DNA of 64,000 bases from positions 3,283,557 through 3,347,556 of the forward strand of contig JBFWNU010000001.1 of assembly GCA_050250895.1 (NCBI GenBank), in the 5' to 3' direction. Below are positions 1-9,480 of the stretch, in pieces. The notes beneath the pieces are model-generated. The model saw only the letters and a program-made list of their open reading frames with translations. It did not search any database and was not told the DNA's origin. Positions within the stretch are counted from its first letter, which is position 1. Each line of letters begins with the position of its first letter. This DNA is from Vulcanimicrobiota bacterium (GTDB taxonomy: Bacteria; Vulcanimicrobiota; Xenobia; Xenobiales; JADMJV01). The translations under genes were made by a program, and so were the position numbers.

Positions 1-1
1 G

Positions 2-85
2 GGCCTGAGCCGCCAGGTGCCCGACCTGGACGCTACGGGCTTTCGTCGTCCCGGACCCGCCCAGTTGTCTTTGTTCGAGGAGTGA
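2..85 (+). CDS. 3' end of a gene truncated by the window edge; likely PA0069-family radical SAM protein
   Basis: Frame 2 reads GLSRQVPDLDATGFRRPGPAQLSLFEE*. The LD..FRRP..QLSLF tail is typical of this family, and the stop overlaps the next GTG (GTGA). Confidence 0.55.
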   Translation, partial: GLSRQVPDLDATGFRRPGPAQLSLFEE

Positions 86-519
86 GCCCAGCTGGGGTGG
101 AAGGGGCGGCAGTGAAGGTCCTGTTCGTCTGCACCGGCAACACCTGTCGCTCACCCATGGCCCAGGCGCTCTTCCAGCAGAAGTACCCAGAGGCCTCGGT
201 CCGGTCGGCTGGTCTGGCTGCTCGGGCCGGAGAACCGGCCGCTCGACCGGCTCGTCAGGTCATGCGGGCGCGGGGCTTGAGCCTCGAGTCGCATCGATCG
301 GTGCCCCTCGAGGATGAGTTGTTAGCCTGGGCCGACCGGGTGCTGGTGATGTCGCAGCGACATCACCAGGCGATTGCGGCTCGTTGGCCCGAGTATCTGG
401 CCAAGGTCGAGTCGCTCAAGCCCGGTGGGTCGGTGGCCGACCCCTACGGGGGTGACCTGACCGAATATGCTCGATGCGCCGACGAGCTAGGAAAGTTGGT
501 CGACCAGCTGGACCTTTGA
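82..519 (+). CDS. Low-molecular-weight protein tyrosine/arginine phosphatase (YwlE/PtpA-like)
   Basis: P-loop VLFVCTGNTCRSPMA and C-terminal DPYG motif. Confidence 0.9.
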   Translation: MSPAGVEGAAVKVLFVCTGNTCRSPMAQALFQQKYPEASVRSAGLAARAGEPAARPARQVMRARGLSLESHRSVPLEDELLAWADRVLVMSQRHHQAIAARWPEYLAKVESLKPGGSVADPYGGDLTEYARCADELGKLVDQLDL

Positions 520-569
520 CGGCTCTGAGGCAGGGTGTTATAGTTTCGTATGGAATTTGTATAATTTTG

Positions 570-1460
570 ATGGGACCGGGCCGCTACAAGATCAAGACCA
601 TCGCAGAACTGTCGGGCTTCACGCCGACCTTGCTTCGCGCCTGGGAAAGACGCTATGCGTTGCTGGAACCCGTGCGCCAGGCCAGTGGTCATCGTCTCTA
701 CACCGAGTCAGACTTACGCCTGCTGCTTAGAATTCGCGAGCTGATGGAGCGGGGTCGCTCCATCGGCGAGATTGCGGTTTTGGGCCGAGAGACCCTTTTG
801 AATACCCTTAGCAACGGCAAGTCGGCTCCCGCACCCGAGCGGGCCGCGGGCGGACCGGCTCAGGGGTTGGCCGAGGCTGCCGGTCGTTTGGACTCGGCCG
901 ACCTGGAGCGTTGTCTTGACGAGGCCCTGGTCGAGAATTCGCGAGAGCACCTGCTCTACCAGGTGGTGGTCGAGGCTGCTCGCGAGATTGGTCGGCGCTG
1001 GTCGACCGGGCAATTGTCGGTGGCAGGCGAACATCTGTTCTCGGCGGTGGTGGGCTCGCGCCTTCGCAGCTGGATTGCCGAGCTGCCCAATGGCGACGAG
1101 GGCCCGACCTGCATCTGCGCCGGCTTTCCTGACGAGCAGCACGAGCTGGGCCTGCTGATGGTCTACTACGAGCTGCGCAAAGCCGGTAGGAGAGTTCTCT
1201 ATCTTGGCCCGTGTCTACCCTGGGAAGACCTGGAAAGAGCCGTGAGCCAGGCCCATCCCCGCACCGTCTTCTTGAGCGTGGCCCGCGAGGCCGCCTTCGA
1301 GGTTCACCACTTTCGCCTGCTCGAGATGGCGACTCGCAACCCCGAGACGCGATTTGTGGTAGGGGGAGAAGGCGCGGCCGGTCGGGGGGCAGCCCTGGCT
1401 TCGGCGGGACTGGCCCACTGGCCCAGGGAGCGACCGCTGGCCGAACTGGCGTCTATCTAG
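570..1460 (+). CDS. MerR-family cobalamin-binding regulator (CarH/LitR-like)
   Basis: MerR HTH with LRAWERRY, Wx9EH ([12 protein letters not shown]) and B12-binding EQHELG. Start moved to ATG 570. Confidence 0.85.
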   Translation: MGPGRYKIKTIAELSGFTPTLLRAWERRYALLEPVRQASGHRLYTESDLRLLLRIRELMERGRSIGEIAVLGRETLLNTLSNGKSAPAPERAAGGPAQGLAEAAGRLDSADLERCLDEALVENSREHLLYQVVVEAAREIGRRWSTGQLSVAGEHLFSAVVGSRLRSWIAELPNGDEGPTCICAGFPDEQHELGLLMVYYELRKAGRRVLYLGPCLPWEDLERAVSQAHPRTVFLSVAREAAFEVHHFRLLEMATRNPETRFVVGGEGAAGRGAALASAGLAHWPRERPLAELASI

Positions 1461-1471
1461 AAAGGAATGTA

Positions 1472-2101
1472 GTGGAACACCGACTCGACTATCGAGGCCA
1501 ACTCCTCGACGAAGAGGCTATGACCGCCGACCCCCTGGCGCAGTTTCAGTGCTGGTATGAACAGGCTCAGGAAGCGGGGCTGGCTGAACCCAACGGCATG
1601 ACCCTGGCCACCTGCGACAGCCACGGAAGACCGTCGGCCCGCATCGTTCTGCTGCGTGGAGTCGACGACCGCGGATTGCAGTTCTTTACCAACTACCTCA
1701 GTCGTAAAGGTCAAGAATTGGCCGCTAATCCTCGGGCGGCGGCGGTTTTCTGGTGGCAACCGATGGCCCGCCAGGTTCGCTTCGAAGGCGCCATCGAACG
1801 ACTCGAGCCGGAAGCGAGCGATGCCTATTTCGCCTCTCGGCCCCGCGATTCGCGGTTGGGGGCCTGGGCCTCGCATCAGAGTCAGCCGATCGCTTCGCGT
1901 CAGCAGCTCGAAGAGCGCCTGGAAGAAGTTCGCGAGCACTTCGAGGATCAGTCCGACCCGCCCCGTCCCGACTACTGGGGCGGATATCGGTTGGTCCCCG
2001 ATCGGGTCGAGTTTTGGCAGGGGCAGCCCAGCCGTTTGCATGAGCGGGTTTGTTATCATCGTCAGGGGTCGGGCTGGTCGACCGAGAGGCTCATGCCCTG
2101 A
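1472..2101 (+). CDS. pdxH: Pyridoxamine 5'-phosphate oxidase
   Basis: [34 protein letters not shown] and [13 protein letters not shown] motifs; AAAGGA RBS before GTG 1472. Confidence 0.93.
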   Translation: MEHRLDYRGQLLDEEAMTADPLAQFQCWYEQAQEAGLAEPNGMTLATCDSHGRPSARIVLLRGVDDRGLQFFTNYLSRKGQELAANPRAAAVFWWQPMARQVRFEGAIERLEPEASDAYFASRPRDSRLGAWASHQSQPIASRQQLEERLEEVREHFEDQSDPPRPDYWGGYRLVPDRVEFWQGQPSRLHERVCYHRQGSGWSTERLMP

Positions 2102-3621
2102 TGGCCAGCCTGGCCCGGCTGGTGGAAGTCAGCCAGGCGCTCCGCCAGTCGGGTGGCCGCAACCGCAAGCTCGAGTTGCTGGCCGACTATTTGCGCAGTC
2201 TGGCGCCCGCAGAGCTCAGGCTGGCCATTGACTATCTCAGCGGCCAGCTTCCTCAGGGCAAGATCGGGGTGGGACCTTCGCTGCTGCGCCAGCTCGAGCT
2301 TGAAGGCCTTGAATCTGGCACCGAATTGCGTCTGGCCGAGGTCGACGCTTGCCTGTCGGCGGTGGCGGCCTGCTCAGGGACCGGTTCCAGGGCGGCCCGC
2401 TTAAACCAGCTTCAAAGCTTGCTCGCGGCCGCGGGCCGGGCTGAGCGACCCTTTCTGATCCGGCTGCTGGGGGGCGAGTTACGCCAGGGCGCTCAGGAAG
2501 GCCTCATGGTGGTGGCCCTGGCTCAGGCCCTGGAACTCCCGGTCGAGGTGGTGCGGCGGGCCTTCATGGTGACCGGCGACCTGGCTCGGGTGGCCCGCCT
2601 TGGGCAACACGGCGAAGAAGAACTGGCGGCCCTGGGGCCTGAGCTGTTTCGCCCCCTGCGTCCGATGCTGGCCAGTCCGGCGGCCGGGCTTGGTGAGGCG
2701 TTGACCCGAGCGGGCGCCTGTCAGGTCGAGGTCAAGATGGATGGTGTGCGGGTGCAGGTGCATCGCCGCGGCGCCCAGGTCAAGGTCTATTCGCGCAGCC
2801 TTAACGATATCACCTATCAGGTGCCTGAGGTCGTCGAACTGGTCAAGGCCCTGAGCTGCTCTGACTGCATCCTCGACGGCGAGGTGCTGGCACTAGATGA
2901 ACAGGGCCGCCCCCGGCCGTTCCAAGAAACCATGCGCCGCTTTGGCCGCCGAGGAGACCTCGAGCAGGCCCGTGCGGCGGTGCCGCTCAGCTGCTTCTTC
3001 TTCGACTGTCTGTGGCTGGACGGGCAAAGCCTGATCGACCAGCCTCTCGAGCAGCGCGGCCAGTCATTGCAGGGCTTGGCCCCGAACCACCTGGTGACGC
3101 GAGTCGAGGCCGAGCGAGCCGAAGAATTCTTCGAGCAGGTGCTCGAGGCCGGCCACGAGGGAGTGATGGTAAAGTCGCTCGAGTCGACCTATGAGGCGGG
3201 CAATCGCGGCTTTGCCTGGATGAAGGTCAAGCCGGCCCACACTCTCGATCTGGTGGTGCTGGCGGCCGAATGGGGCTCAGGGCGCCGCCAGGGCTGGCTG
3301 AGCAATCTGCATCTCGGAGCCCGAGATGAGGACGGTTTCGTCATGCTGGGCAAGACGTTCAAAGGGATGACCGACGAGATGTTGGCCTGGCAGACTCGCC
3401 ACTTGCTCGCCCTCGAGACCGACCGCGAAGACTATCTGGTCAGGGTTCGACCCGAGTTGGTGGTCGAGATTGCCTTCGATTCTCTGCAGGCCAGTCCGCA
3501 CTATCCGGGCGGCATGGCTCTTCGCTTTGCTCGGGTCAAAGGCTATCGGCCCGACAAGTCGGCCGACGAGGCCGACACCATCGAGACGGTCCGCCAGATT
3601 TTCGTGGATGGTCGTGTTTGA
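2101..3621 (+). CDS. ATP-dependent DNA ligase (LigB-like)
   Basis: Active-site EVKMDGVRVQVH, ILDGE, EGVMVK, KVK, GMALRFAR; ATG overlaps the pdxH stop. Confidence 0.92.
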   Translation: MASLARLVEVSQALRQSGGRNRKLELLADYLRSLAPAELRLAIDYLSGQLPQGKIGVGPSLLRQLELEGLESGTELRLAEVDACLSAVAACSGTGSRAARLNQLQSLLAAAGRAERPFLIRLLGGELRQGAQEGLMVVALAQALELPVEVVRRAFMVTGDLARVARLGQHGEEELAALGPELFRPLRPMLASPAAGLGEALTRAGACQVEVKMDGVRVQVHRRGAQVKVYSRSLNDITYQVPEVVELVKALSCSDCILDGEVLALDEQGRPRPFQETMRRFGRRGDLEQARAAVPLSCFFFDCLWLDGQSLIDQPLEQRGQSLQGLAPNHLVTRVEAERAEEFFEQVLEAGHEGVMVKSLESTYEAGNRGFAWMKVKPAHTLDLVVLAAEWGSGRRQGWLSNLHLGARDEDGFVMLGKTFKGMTDEMLAWQTRHLLALETDREDYLVRVRPELVVEIAFDSLQASPHYPGGMALRFARVKGYRPDKSADEADTIETVRQIFVDGRV

Positions 3622-3653
3622 GTATTTGGCCAAAAACGGCTATGATTAGGGAC

Positions 3654-4853
3654 ATGCAGTGGAAACATCAGGCCGCCGCGGCCTGTCTAGCCCTGGGAAT
3701 GCTCACTCCGGCCCTCGCCGAACCCGGCGCCGTGGGGCCGCCCACCACCGTCAACGGCGTGCCCAATGTCTCGCCCCCCATTGTCAAGAACGGCGTGAAA
3801 TACTACCCGGCCGTGCTGGTGGGCGAGGCCATGAATGTGGTCTTCACCTGGGACGCAGCCAGCCATACCCTCTACGCCAACGGCGTCCCCTCGCCCCTCG
3901 AGCCGCTGATCGTCGACGAGCAGGTGTATCTACCGATCGAGCCATACTCTACCGAACTCTCTGACGCCCCCGACCCGCGCTACCGCGTCAATCCCACTCT
4001 GCCCGGCGAGAGCGCCATGCGCGCCCGCTACGCCCGCGTCAAGCAGATCATGCCCAACGACCGTCCCGAGATCGCCCGGGTTGACGACAACTACATGCAT
4101 TACAACATGCAGCTTCCGGCCCACCCCTGGTTGACCAATCGGGCCGTTCCCAACTATCCCGGCATGTCGCGCGATGACACCTCCGAAAACGCCCTTCCCC
4201 AACACATGCGCCAGGGCGCGGCCCCGCCCAACCCCGGGGTCGATCCTAACCAGCTGCCCAACCATCTTCCCCCGCCCGGCTCCACCCCGCCGCCCGAGCC
4301 AACGCTAACGGTGCAGCCCGCCGGCCCCGGAGTGCAGACCGGGGTCCCCCTTCGCCACGCCCGCAGGGGTGGACCCGGCTCGCTTGACCGAGGGGACGAA
4401 CCTGCGGCTGCGCCCCAACCGGTAGCCCTCGATCCCTACGCTTCGCCCAACACGGCCTACGCCACCCCGGCTCCCCAGGCCCGGCCCACTTTCCATTTCC
4501 AGGCCAACAGCGAGAAGAACTCTATCTTCGAAGTGGCCGTCCACGATGTGCAGCTTTCCCGCAATCTCAATGGGGTCTTCCCTGCCTCCGAAGGCAAGCA
4601 GTGGGTGACCGCCAAGCTCACCCAAAAGAACCTGAGCTTCGTGCTGCAGGTCGAGCCAGGCATTTTTGCCCTGCGCGACCGCGAGGGCAAGCGCTATCCG
4701 GCGGTGAGTCAGCACACGCGGCTGGCCGAAGAGTCGATTCCTCCCGGCGAGAACCGTCAGGGCGTGGTGGTCTTCGAGCTGCCCGACACGGCCATTCCCA
4801 CTCGTCTTGAACTCGAGGGCACGATGCCCCTCAAGGTCGAACTCGAGCAATAA
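3654..4853 (+). CDS. Secreted Pro-rich protein with a C-terminal DUF4352-like Ig-fold domain
   Basis: Signal peptide ending PALA|E, Pro-rich linker, C-terminal FALRDREGKRY..IPPGENRQGVVVFELP. Confidence 0.6.
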   Translation: MQWKHQAAAACLALGMLTPALAEPGAVGPPTTVNGVPNVSPPIVKNGVKYYPAVLVGEAMNVVFTWDAASHTLYANGVPSPLEPLIVDEQVYLPIEPYSTELSDAPDPRYRVNPTLPGESAMRARYARVKQIMPNDRPEIARVDDNYMHYNMQLPAHPWLTNRAVPNYPGMSRDDTSENALPQHMRQGAAPPNPGVDPNQLPNHLPPPGSTPPPEPTLTVQPAGPGVQTGVPLRHARRGGPGSLDRGDEPAAAPQPVALDPYASPNTAYATPAPQARPTFHFQANSEKNSIFEVAVHDVQLSRNLNGVFPASEGKQWVTAKLTQKNLSFVLQVEPGIFALRDREGKRYPAVSQHTRLAEESIPPGENRQGVVVFELPDTAIPTRLELEGTMPLKVELEQ

Positions 4854-4886
4854 AAAAAGCCGCCGGTTTACCGGCGGCTCTTTGTT
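4852..4886. terminator. Bidirectional intrinsic terminator
   Basis: AAAAAAA-GCCGCCGG-TTTA-CCGGCGGC-TCTTTGTT between convergent genes. Confidence 0.85.
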
Positions 4887-4899
4887 GGGCTGCTAGACC

Positions 4900-6336
4900 C
4901 TAGTTGGTCTGGAAGATGGCCATTCCCATCGGGTTTACCACCGAGGTATCGACATCGTAGAAGACCGGGTTGCCAGCTCCGTCGAGTTGGAAGACATTGA
5001 TCGAGCCGCTGGCGGTCGGTTTGTTATCGGTGTTGATGGCGGGGTCATCAACGAACAACTGATTGCCGGGAACGGTTCCCAGCGGCGAGGCGTTGGCCAC
5101 CACGACGTACGAGCCGGTCGAGTCGACGATCACGTTAGCCGGCTGCCCAGGGTCGGGCGTTCCGGCCGGAGCTACCGGGCCATCCTGGTCGGCTAGGGTC
5201 AGCGTACCGGTCGGCACGTCGATGTTGTAGGTCAACAGTGCAGTAAGGGCCGCAACATACAGCTTGTTGTTGCCGAAGTGGGTGGTCAGCATGGTGGGAC
5301 GGGTACCCGCGGGGGCCACGGCGTGCTGAACCCCGGTGAGAGCGCCGGTGCCGGCATCCACAGCGAACACATCGACAGAACCGGGGGTGGCGCCTGCGCC
5401 CTGGCTTGACACGAAGAGGAAGCGGCCGTCACGAGAGAAGCCGAGGCCGTGGGTATTGACGCCGCCTGAAGCAACCGACACACGGTTGGTCAACGCTCCG
5501 CTGGCCTGGTTGATGCTGTAGCGAATAACGTTGCCGTTAAAGTCGGCTACGTAGAGGAACAGCCCGTTGGGGTGGAAGGTGATGGCTCGCGGCGAGCCAG
5601 CCGTAGTTACGAAAGAATTCGAGGTAATGGCTGAGTTCACGGAGTTGTAAGCGAAGACCTCGATCACGCCATTGAGGGCGGTCGTGCCGGTGGAAGTCCG
5701 AAAGACCAGCGGCAGCGTCGGGTGGAAGACCAGGTTGGTGAAGTCAGCGCTGCCAACGGTACCAGCAGCGTCAAGGGAGTGACCGAAAACGCTGAAGTTG
5801 GCTGGAGGATTCCCGATGGTCAGAGGGACGGGGTTGATCCAATTGACCTGAGAACGAGGAAACGCGTTGACATCATTCGTGTCGGGTCGGCTGCGCCCCT
5901 TGGCACCGGAACTGCTCAGCATCACTGCCGTCGGTCCGTGGATGGCCACCGAAGTTGCCCCGCCGATGTTGCCGGAAGTGGTCAACGGGCTCAGACGCGC
6001 GTTGGGAGCCGGTCGATTGTTGGCTCCCGTAAGTTCGAAAACGCGAATCCCGGCGCCAGTGCCGCCCGAATCCTCGACGCGAAAGAGCGTCGCCATCGCT
6101 GGGATGGGAGCTGGAACGATGTCATCCGCCGCGACGTTGGCCACATCTACATCAGGATAGTTGATGCCGCGGTCGGCCACGAATAAATACTGTCGCGTGT
6201 TGAGCCCGGGGCCTACCGCTCCGGTCGACTCCACGTCGCTAAAATTAGTGCCGTTGGGCTGTCCGCTGCCGTTGCAGCCGGCGAAGCCGGCTAGCAGGAC
6301 CGCGGACGCCACGATACTGCAAATTGTCCTTTTCAT
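4900..6336 (-). CDS. Lipoprotein with lactonase-type beta-propeller
   Basis: Lipobox FAGC; blade repeats such as FHPNGLFLYVA, FSRDGRFLFVS and VDSTGSYVVVAN; GGAGG RBS. Confidence 0.75.
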   Translation of the reverse strand: MKRTICSIVASAVLLAGFAGCNGSGQPNGTNFSDVESTGAVGPGLNTRQYLFVADRGINYPDVDVANVAADDIVPAPIPAMATLFRVEDSGGTGAGIRVFELTGANNRPAPNARLSPLTTSGNIGGATSVAIHGPTAVMLSSSGAKGRSRPDTNDVNAFPRSQVNWINPVPLTIGNPPANFSVFGHSLDAAGTVGSADFTNLVFHPTLPLVFRTSTGTTALNGVIEVFAYNSVNSAITSNSFVTTAGSPRAITFHPNGLFLYVADFNGNVIRYSINQASGALTNRVSVASGGVNTHGLGFSRDGRFLFVSSQGAGATPGSVDVFAVDAGTGALTGVQHAVAPAGTRPTMLTTHFGNNKLYVAALTALLTYNIDVPTGTLTLADQDGPVAPAGTPDPGQPANVIVDSTGSYVVVANASPLGTVPGNQLFVDDPAINTDNKPTASGSINVFQLDGAGNPVFYDVDTSVVNPMGMAIFQTN

Positions 6337-6538
6337 GATACCTCCATCTGTTCAAATCGGAGCGTAGGCGGCTCGACCCATTCCGTCGTGGTCATCGAGC
6401 CCTGCGCACCGCGGCTGGTTCAAGTAGAATTTCTTTCCCCGCCCTGCAGAATTGCCATTAGTTCGCACTGGGGATCAAGATCCCTCTCGGGCGGTTCGCT
6501 TCAGGCGGTCGCTCTCCTAGTCGCGAACGAAAAACCTT

Positions 6539-7399
6539 TCAGGGCAGTCGTTGGGCCACACTGGCAAAGAAGGGCTCCAGACCCCGAGCGTGCAGTCCGG
6601 CGTGACGCTCCACAATATCGACGGCCCTCGACCAGTCGCCCGAGGTATGGGCATACCACCTGAGCAGATAGGCCCGCATGACGAACGAGACGACGGCCAG
6701 GTCTGGGTCGAGCAAAGCCAGGTCTTTGCGATGCAGGACATGATTGAGGTAGCGAAGGGCCAGGCCATCGGCAGGCGGAGTGCAGGTCCACCACGGTCGA
6801 CCCACCTCGACGGTCCGCCCCAGCAAGCGGCTGGGCAAGAGCCCCTCGGTCACCTTCTGATAGAGGGCCGGCAGGTTGTCGGGGTGGCCCGCCTCCACGA
6901 TCAGCACCAGCTCCACCACGAACCCGGCCATTTCGGAGGGCGCGAGCCCCAGCAAATCGGCCGGCTCGTCCAGGCCAGCGCGCAACCGCGACTCGAGTTC
7001 TACATACTCGTCATAGCCGGCCTCGGGGACCGGCTCGAGCTCTACGCCCGCGAGATCGTGCTGGGCCAGGGGCCGTCCGTGCTGGGTGCGCACGGCCGTG
7101 CAGCAGAAGGAAAGCCCGGTGAACAGACCATCGGGGGTATGGCGAGCCACCAGCGGGAAGCTGCGGCAAGCGGAGGGTTTGGCCTCGGGGCCGCGGTCGC
7201 AATGGAGACCGCACAGCGAGTCGGCGGTGAGATAGCTGCAGCCCTGGGTGGTAGTGGGAAGGACCAGAAAACCGGGCCGGCCGGGTGACCCGGACAGACC
7301 CAGGCGCTCGGCCTCGGCCAGCTCGACCTGGACCTCGAAACTGCGACAGCTGTGACCGCAGCGAATGCAGTCATAGGTCAGAGGGGGGTCGTGCCTCAC
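6539..7399 (-). CDS. YkgJ-family cysteine-cluster protein
   Basis: CxxCGxSC, CSYL...LCGLH, KPSACRSFP. Confidence 0.8.
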   Translation of the reverse strand: MRHDPPLTYDCIRCGHSCRSFEVQVELAEAERLGLSGSPGRPGFLVLPTTTQGCSYLTADSLCGLHCDRGPEAKPSACRSFPLVARHTPDGLFTGLSFCCTAVRTQHGRPLAQHDLAGVELEPVPEAGYDEYVELESRLRAGLDEPADLLGLAPSEMAGFVVELVLIVEAGHPDNLPALYQKVTEGLLPSRLLGRTVEVGRPWWTCTPPADGLALRYLNHVLHRKDLALLDPDLAVVSFVMRAYLLRWYAHTSGDWSRAVDIVERHAGLHARGLEPFFASVAQRLP

Positions 7400-7632
7400 T
7401 CGTCGGCTTGCAGCAGCAGATTGACCAGTTCTGGCCCGAAGTCGTCGAAGAGTTCTTGAAAACTCAACCCCCCCGGAAAAGCCTCGATAAAGCGACGGAC
7501 CTCGGCCTGGTCCGCCGTCAACTCGAACCTCACGAACAGGGCATTGGGCTCCATCCGCTGGATGCGTAGCGTGCCGATGCTTTCGAGAGCGGCTAAAAAA
7601 GTCACCGCCCGTGCTTCCTGAAGGGCTCGCAT
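7396..7632 (-). CDS. Small hypothetical protein coupled to the YkgJ-like gene
   Basis: 78-aa ORF whose stop overlaps the next start by 4 bp. Confidence 0.5.
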   Translation of the reverse strand: MRALQEARAVTFLAALESIGTLRIQRMEPNALFVRFELTADQAEVRRFIEAFPGGLSFQELFDDFGPELVNLLLQADE

Positions 7633-7779
7633 GCTAGAGATTTTCTAGCTTCGACATCGAAACTCCCGGGAAAACTTTAGGGAATGTTAAAGATTTGGCG
7701 TCAACCAGTTAACACGTTATTCAAGATTTTTTGAGTTCAGGAATGTTTTAATAATAGAGCAGAGGGATTCACCAGTTGT

Positions 7780-8145
7780 GTGGAGGGTGTGTTGAAGGGC
7801 CATCACATTAGACAATTCTACGACCCGCAGGCCGGCGAGGAGCTGGGCGAGCGGATCACCGACATCCATCGCGGACTGTCGACCTTTCTTCAGGGCAACC
7901 CCGAGTCCAACCCTGAAGTGAATTTGGCCCTCACCCAACTAGAAATTGCCAACCGCGCCCGCCTGGGTGCCGGAGTCCAGCAGATGGTGGCCGTTCCGAA
8001 AGCCCGCTTCGGCCAACTGGCGCGCGAAGGCGCCGGACCGATGCCCGCCCCCCGGCTCGAGAAAAAGGCCGAAGAGGTCAAGCTCGAGGCCAAACCCAAA
8101 AAACGTCGCCTCCAGGGGCCTCCTCTCAACTACGTGGCCCGCTAG
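7780..8145 (+). CDS. Hypothetical protein
   Basis: ORF after an AT-rich intergenic region; the true start may be 7789 or 7792, after GGAGG. Confidence 0.55.
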   Translation: MEGVLKGHHIRQFYDPQAGEELGERITDIHRGLSTFLQGNPESNPEVNLALTQLEIANRARLGAGVQQMVAVPKARFGQLAREGAGPMPAPRLEKKAEEVKLEAKPKKRRLQGPPLNYVAR

Positions 8146-9308
8146 GCACCGGCTCTTAGAAAGGCCCCCAGGCACGCCTCACGGTCGGCGCCGGGGGCCA
8201 AAATCATGGCTCCCCCGGGTCGCTGCCGAGCCCGTTCCTCGAGAGTCAGCCACTCCAGCTCCAGATGGGCCTCGCTGTGGGCGCTGACCACCAGCGGAGA
8301 ACCTTCGGCTTTCAGCGGGCGCAGCCCGTCGAAATCCCGCCCGTGCACAAAGAGCAGATCGGGCGGACCTCCAATCCGGAGACTCAGACTCTGGCGGTCG
8401 GGCTGCTCGACGTTGGTAGAGCGAATCCTGGCCGCCACGGCGGCCGGACCCCGGGCGCCAGACAACTGCTCACCCCGCAACAGGCTCTCGACCAGTTCGA
8501 GGGGATCGGTGGGATGAGCCAGCAGCTTCTCGAGCAGATCGTCGCGAGTGGTTCCGCGGCCCTCTTCATTATCCAGCAGATGGACCAGACGCGACAGGGC
8601 CACCAACATCTCGGCCTGTTCGAAAGAGAGCCCGCGTCGATAGGCAAGACCGAGCACCGCGTCATCTAGATAGTGCAGGCGGGCCAGCTGGTCGGCTCCC
8701 TCGCCGCTCCAGCCGCGCACCGTCAGTCGTAGCCGGCACGCCTGGCCCTGAAAGTGGGTGAGTTCGGCATTCTGGATGTCGGCTCCCTGGCGGCCCAGGT
8801 GGCGGGCCACCCGTTCGAACAGGCTGCGGCTCTGCGCGTTGCCGATCGTGATGGTGATGGTGGTCAAGCTCGGGTTGAGATCGACCGCCACGTCGACCTT
8901 GTTCTCGTCCACCAGGTCTTGCCAATCTCCCTCGCCGGGACGCGCGCTTTGCAGCTCGCCAAATTCGAAGACATCGAGCACCAGCGAGCTGTCGCTGGCG
9001 GTATGGATGCGGGCCGAGGTGAGGGGTCGATCCTTGGGAAGCCGAGCAATCAACTCGGCCAGTTGACCCGGATAGTTGCGCCGGCTGATGACGGTATAGA
9101 CCGAACCCTCGTGGCCTCGCAGGGTCAGCTCTTCATCCAGGCCAGCCGCTTCGGCGGCCACGATGGCCCGCAGGTGCCCCAGGCGCGTAGGCCGGTCGTG
9201 AGCCTGAAAATACTCCCGGGGCATGGTGCGAAAGAACCGGGGGACAACCTGGCCGGCTGCCCCGCTGAGCTGGGTCATCAACTCGCGCTGCTCGTCGGAA
9301 AAGCTCAT
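8142..9308 (-). CDS. Protein resembling the N-terminal ACT-like region of large NAD-glutamate dehydrogenases, with no catalytic domain
   Basis: FFRTMPREYF, NYPGQLA..SARIHTASD..LDVFEF and LFVHGRDFDG segments; ends before any GDH catalytic motif. Confidence 0.5.
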   Translation of the reverse strand: MSFSDEQRELMTQLSGAAGQVVPRFFRTMPREYFQAHDRPTRLGHLRAIVAAEAAGLDEELTLRGHEGSVYTVISRRNYPGQLAELIARLPKDRPLTSARIHTASDSSLVLDVFEFGELQSARPGEGDWQDLVDENKVDVAVDLNPSLTTITITIGNAQSRSLFERVARHLGRQGADIQNAELTHFQGQACRLRLTVRGWSGEGADQLARLHYLDDAVLGLAYRRGLSFEQAEMLVALSRLVHLLDNEEGRGTTRDDLLEKLLAHPTDPLELVESLLRGEQLSGARGPAAVAARIRSTNVEQPDRQSLSLRIGGPPDLLFVHGRDFDGLRPLKAEGSPLVVSAHSEAHLELEWLTLEERARQRPGGAMILAPGADREACLGAFLRAGA

Positions 9309-9480
9309 CAGAAAGAAACACCGCGCAAGTTGGAAGACCGTTTTGACTTGGAAAAGTGTGTAAGGTCTACCGGTCAGGGCGCGGCCTCGCCAGTTTACCG
9401 GGTTTGTAACCCCCGGTCAAGCGTTTGGGGATGGCCGGGAATGGTTACTTACAAATGAGAAACCGTGACGGGGGGACCCC

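Noticed and set aside
6337-6538. Riboswitch in the 200-bp leader of the beta-propeller gene
   Set aside because: I could not recognise any riboswitch consensus. An Rfam search would be needed.
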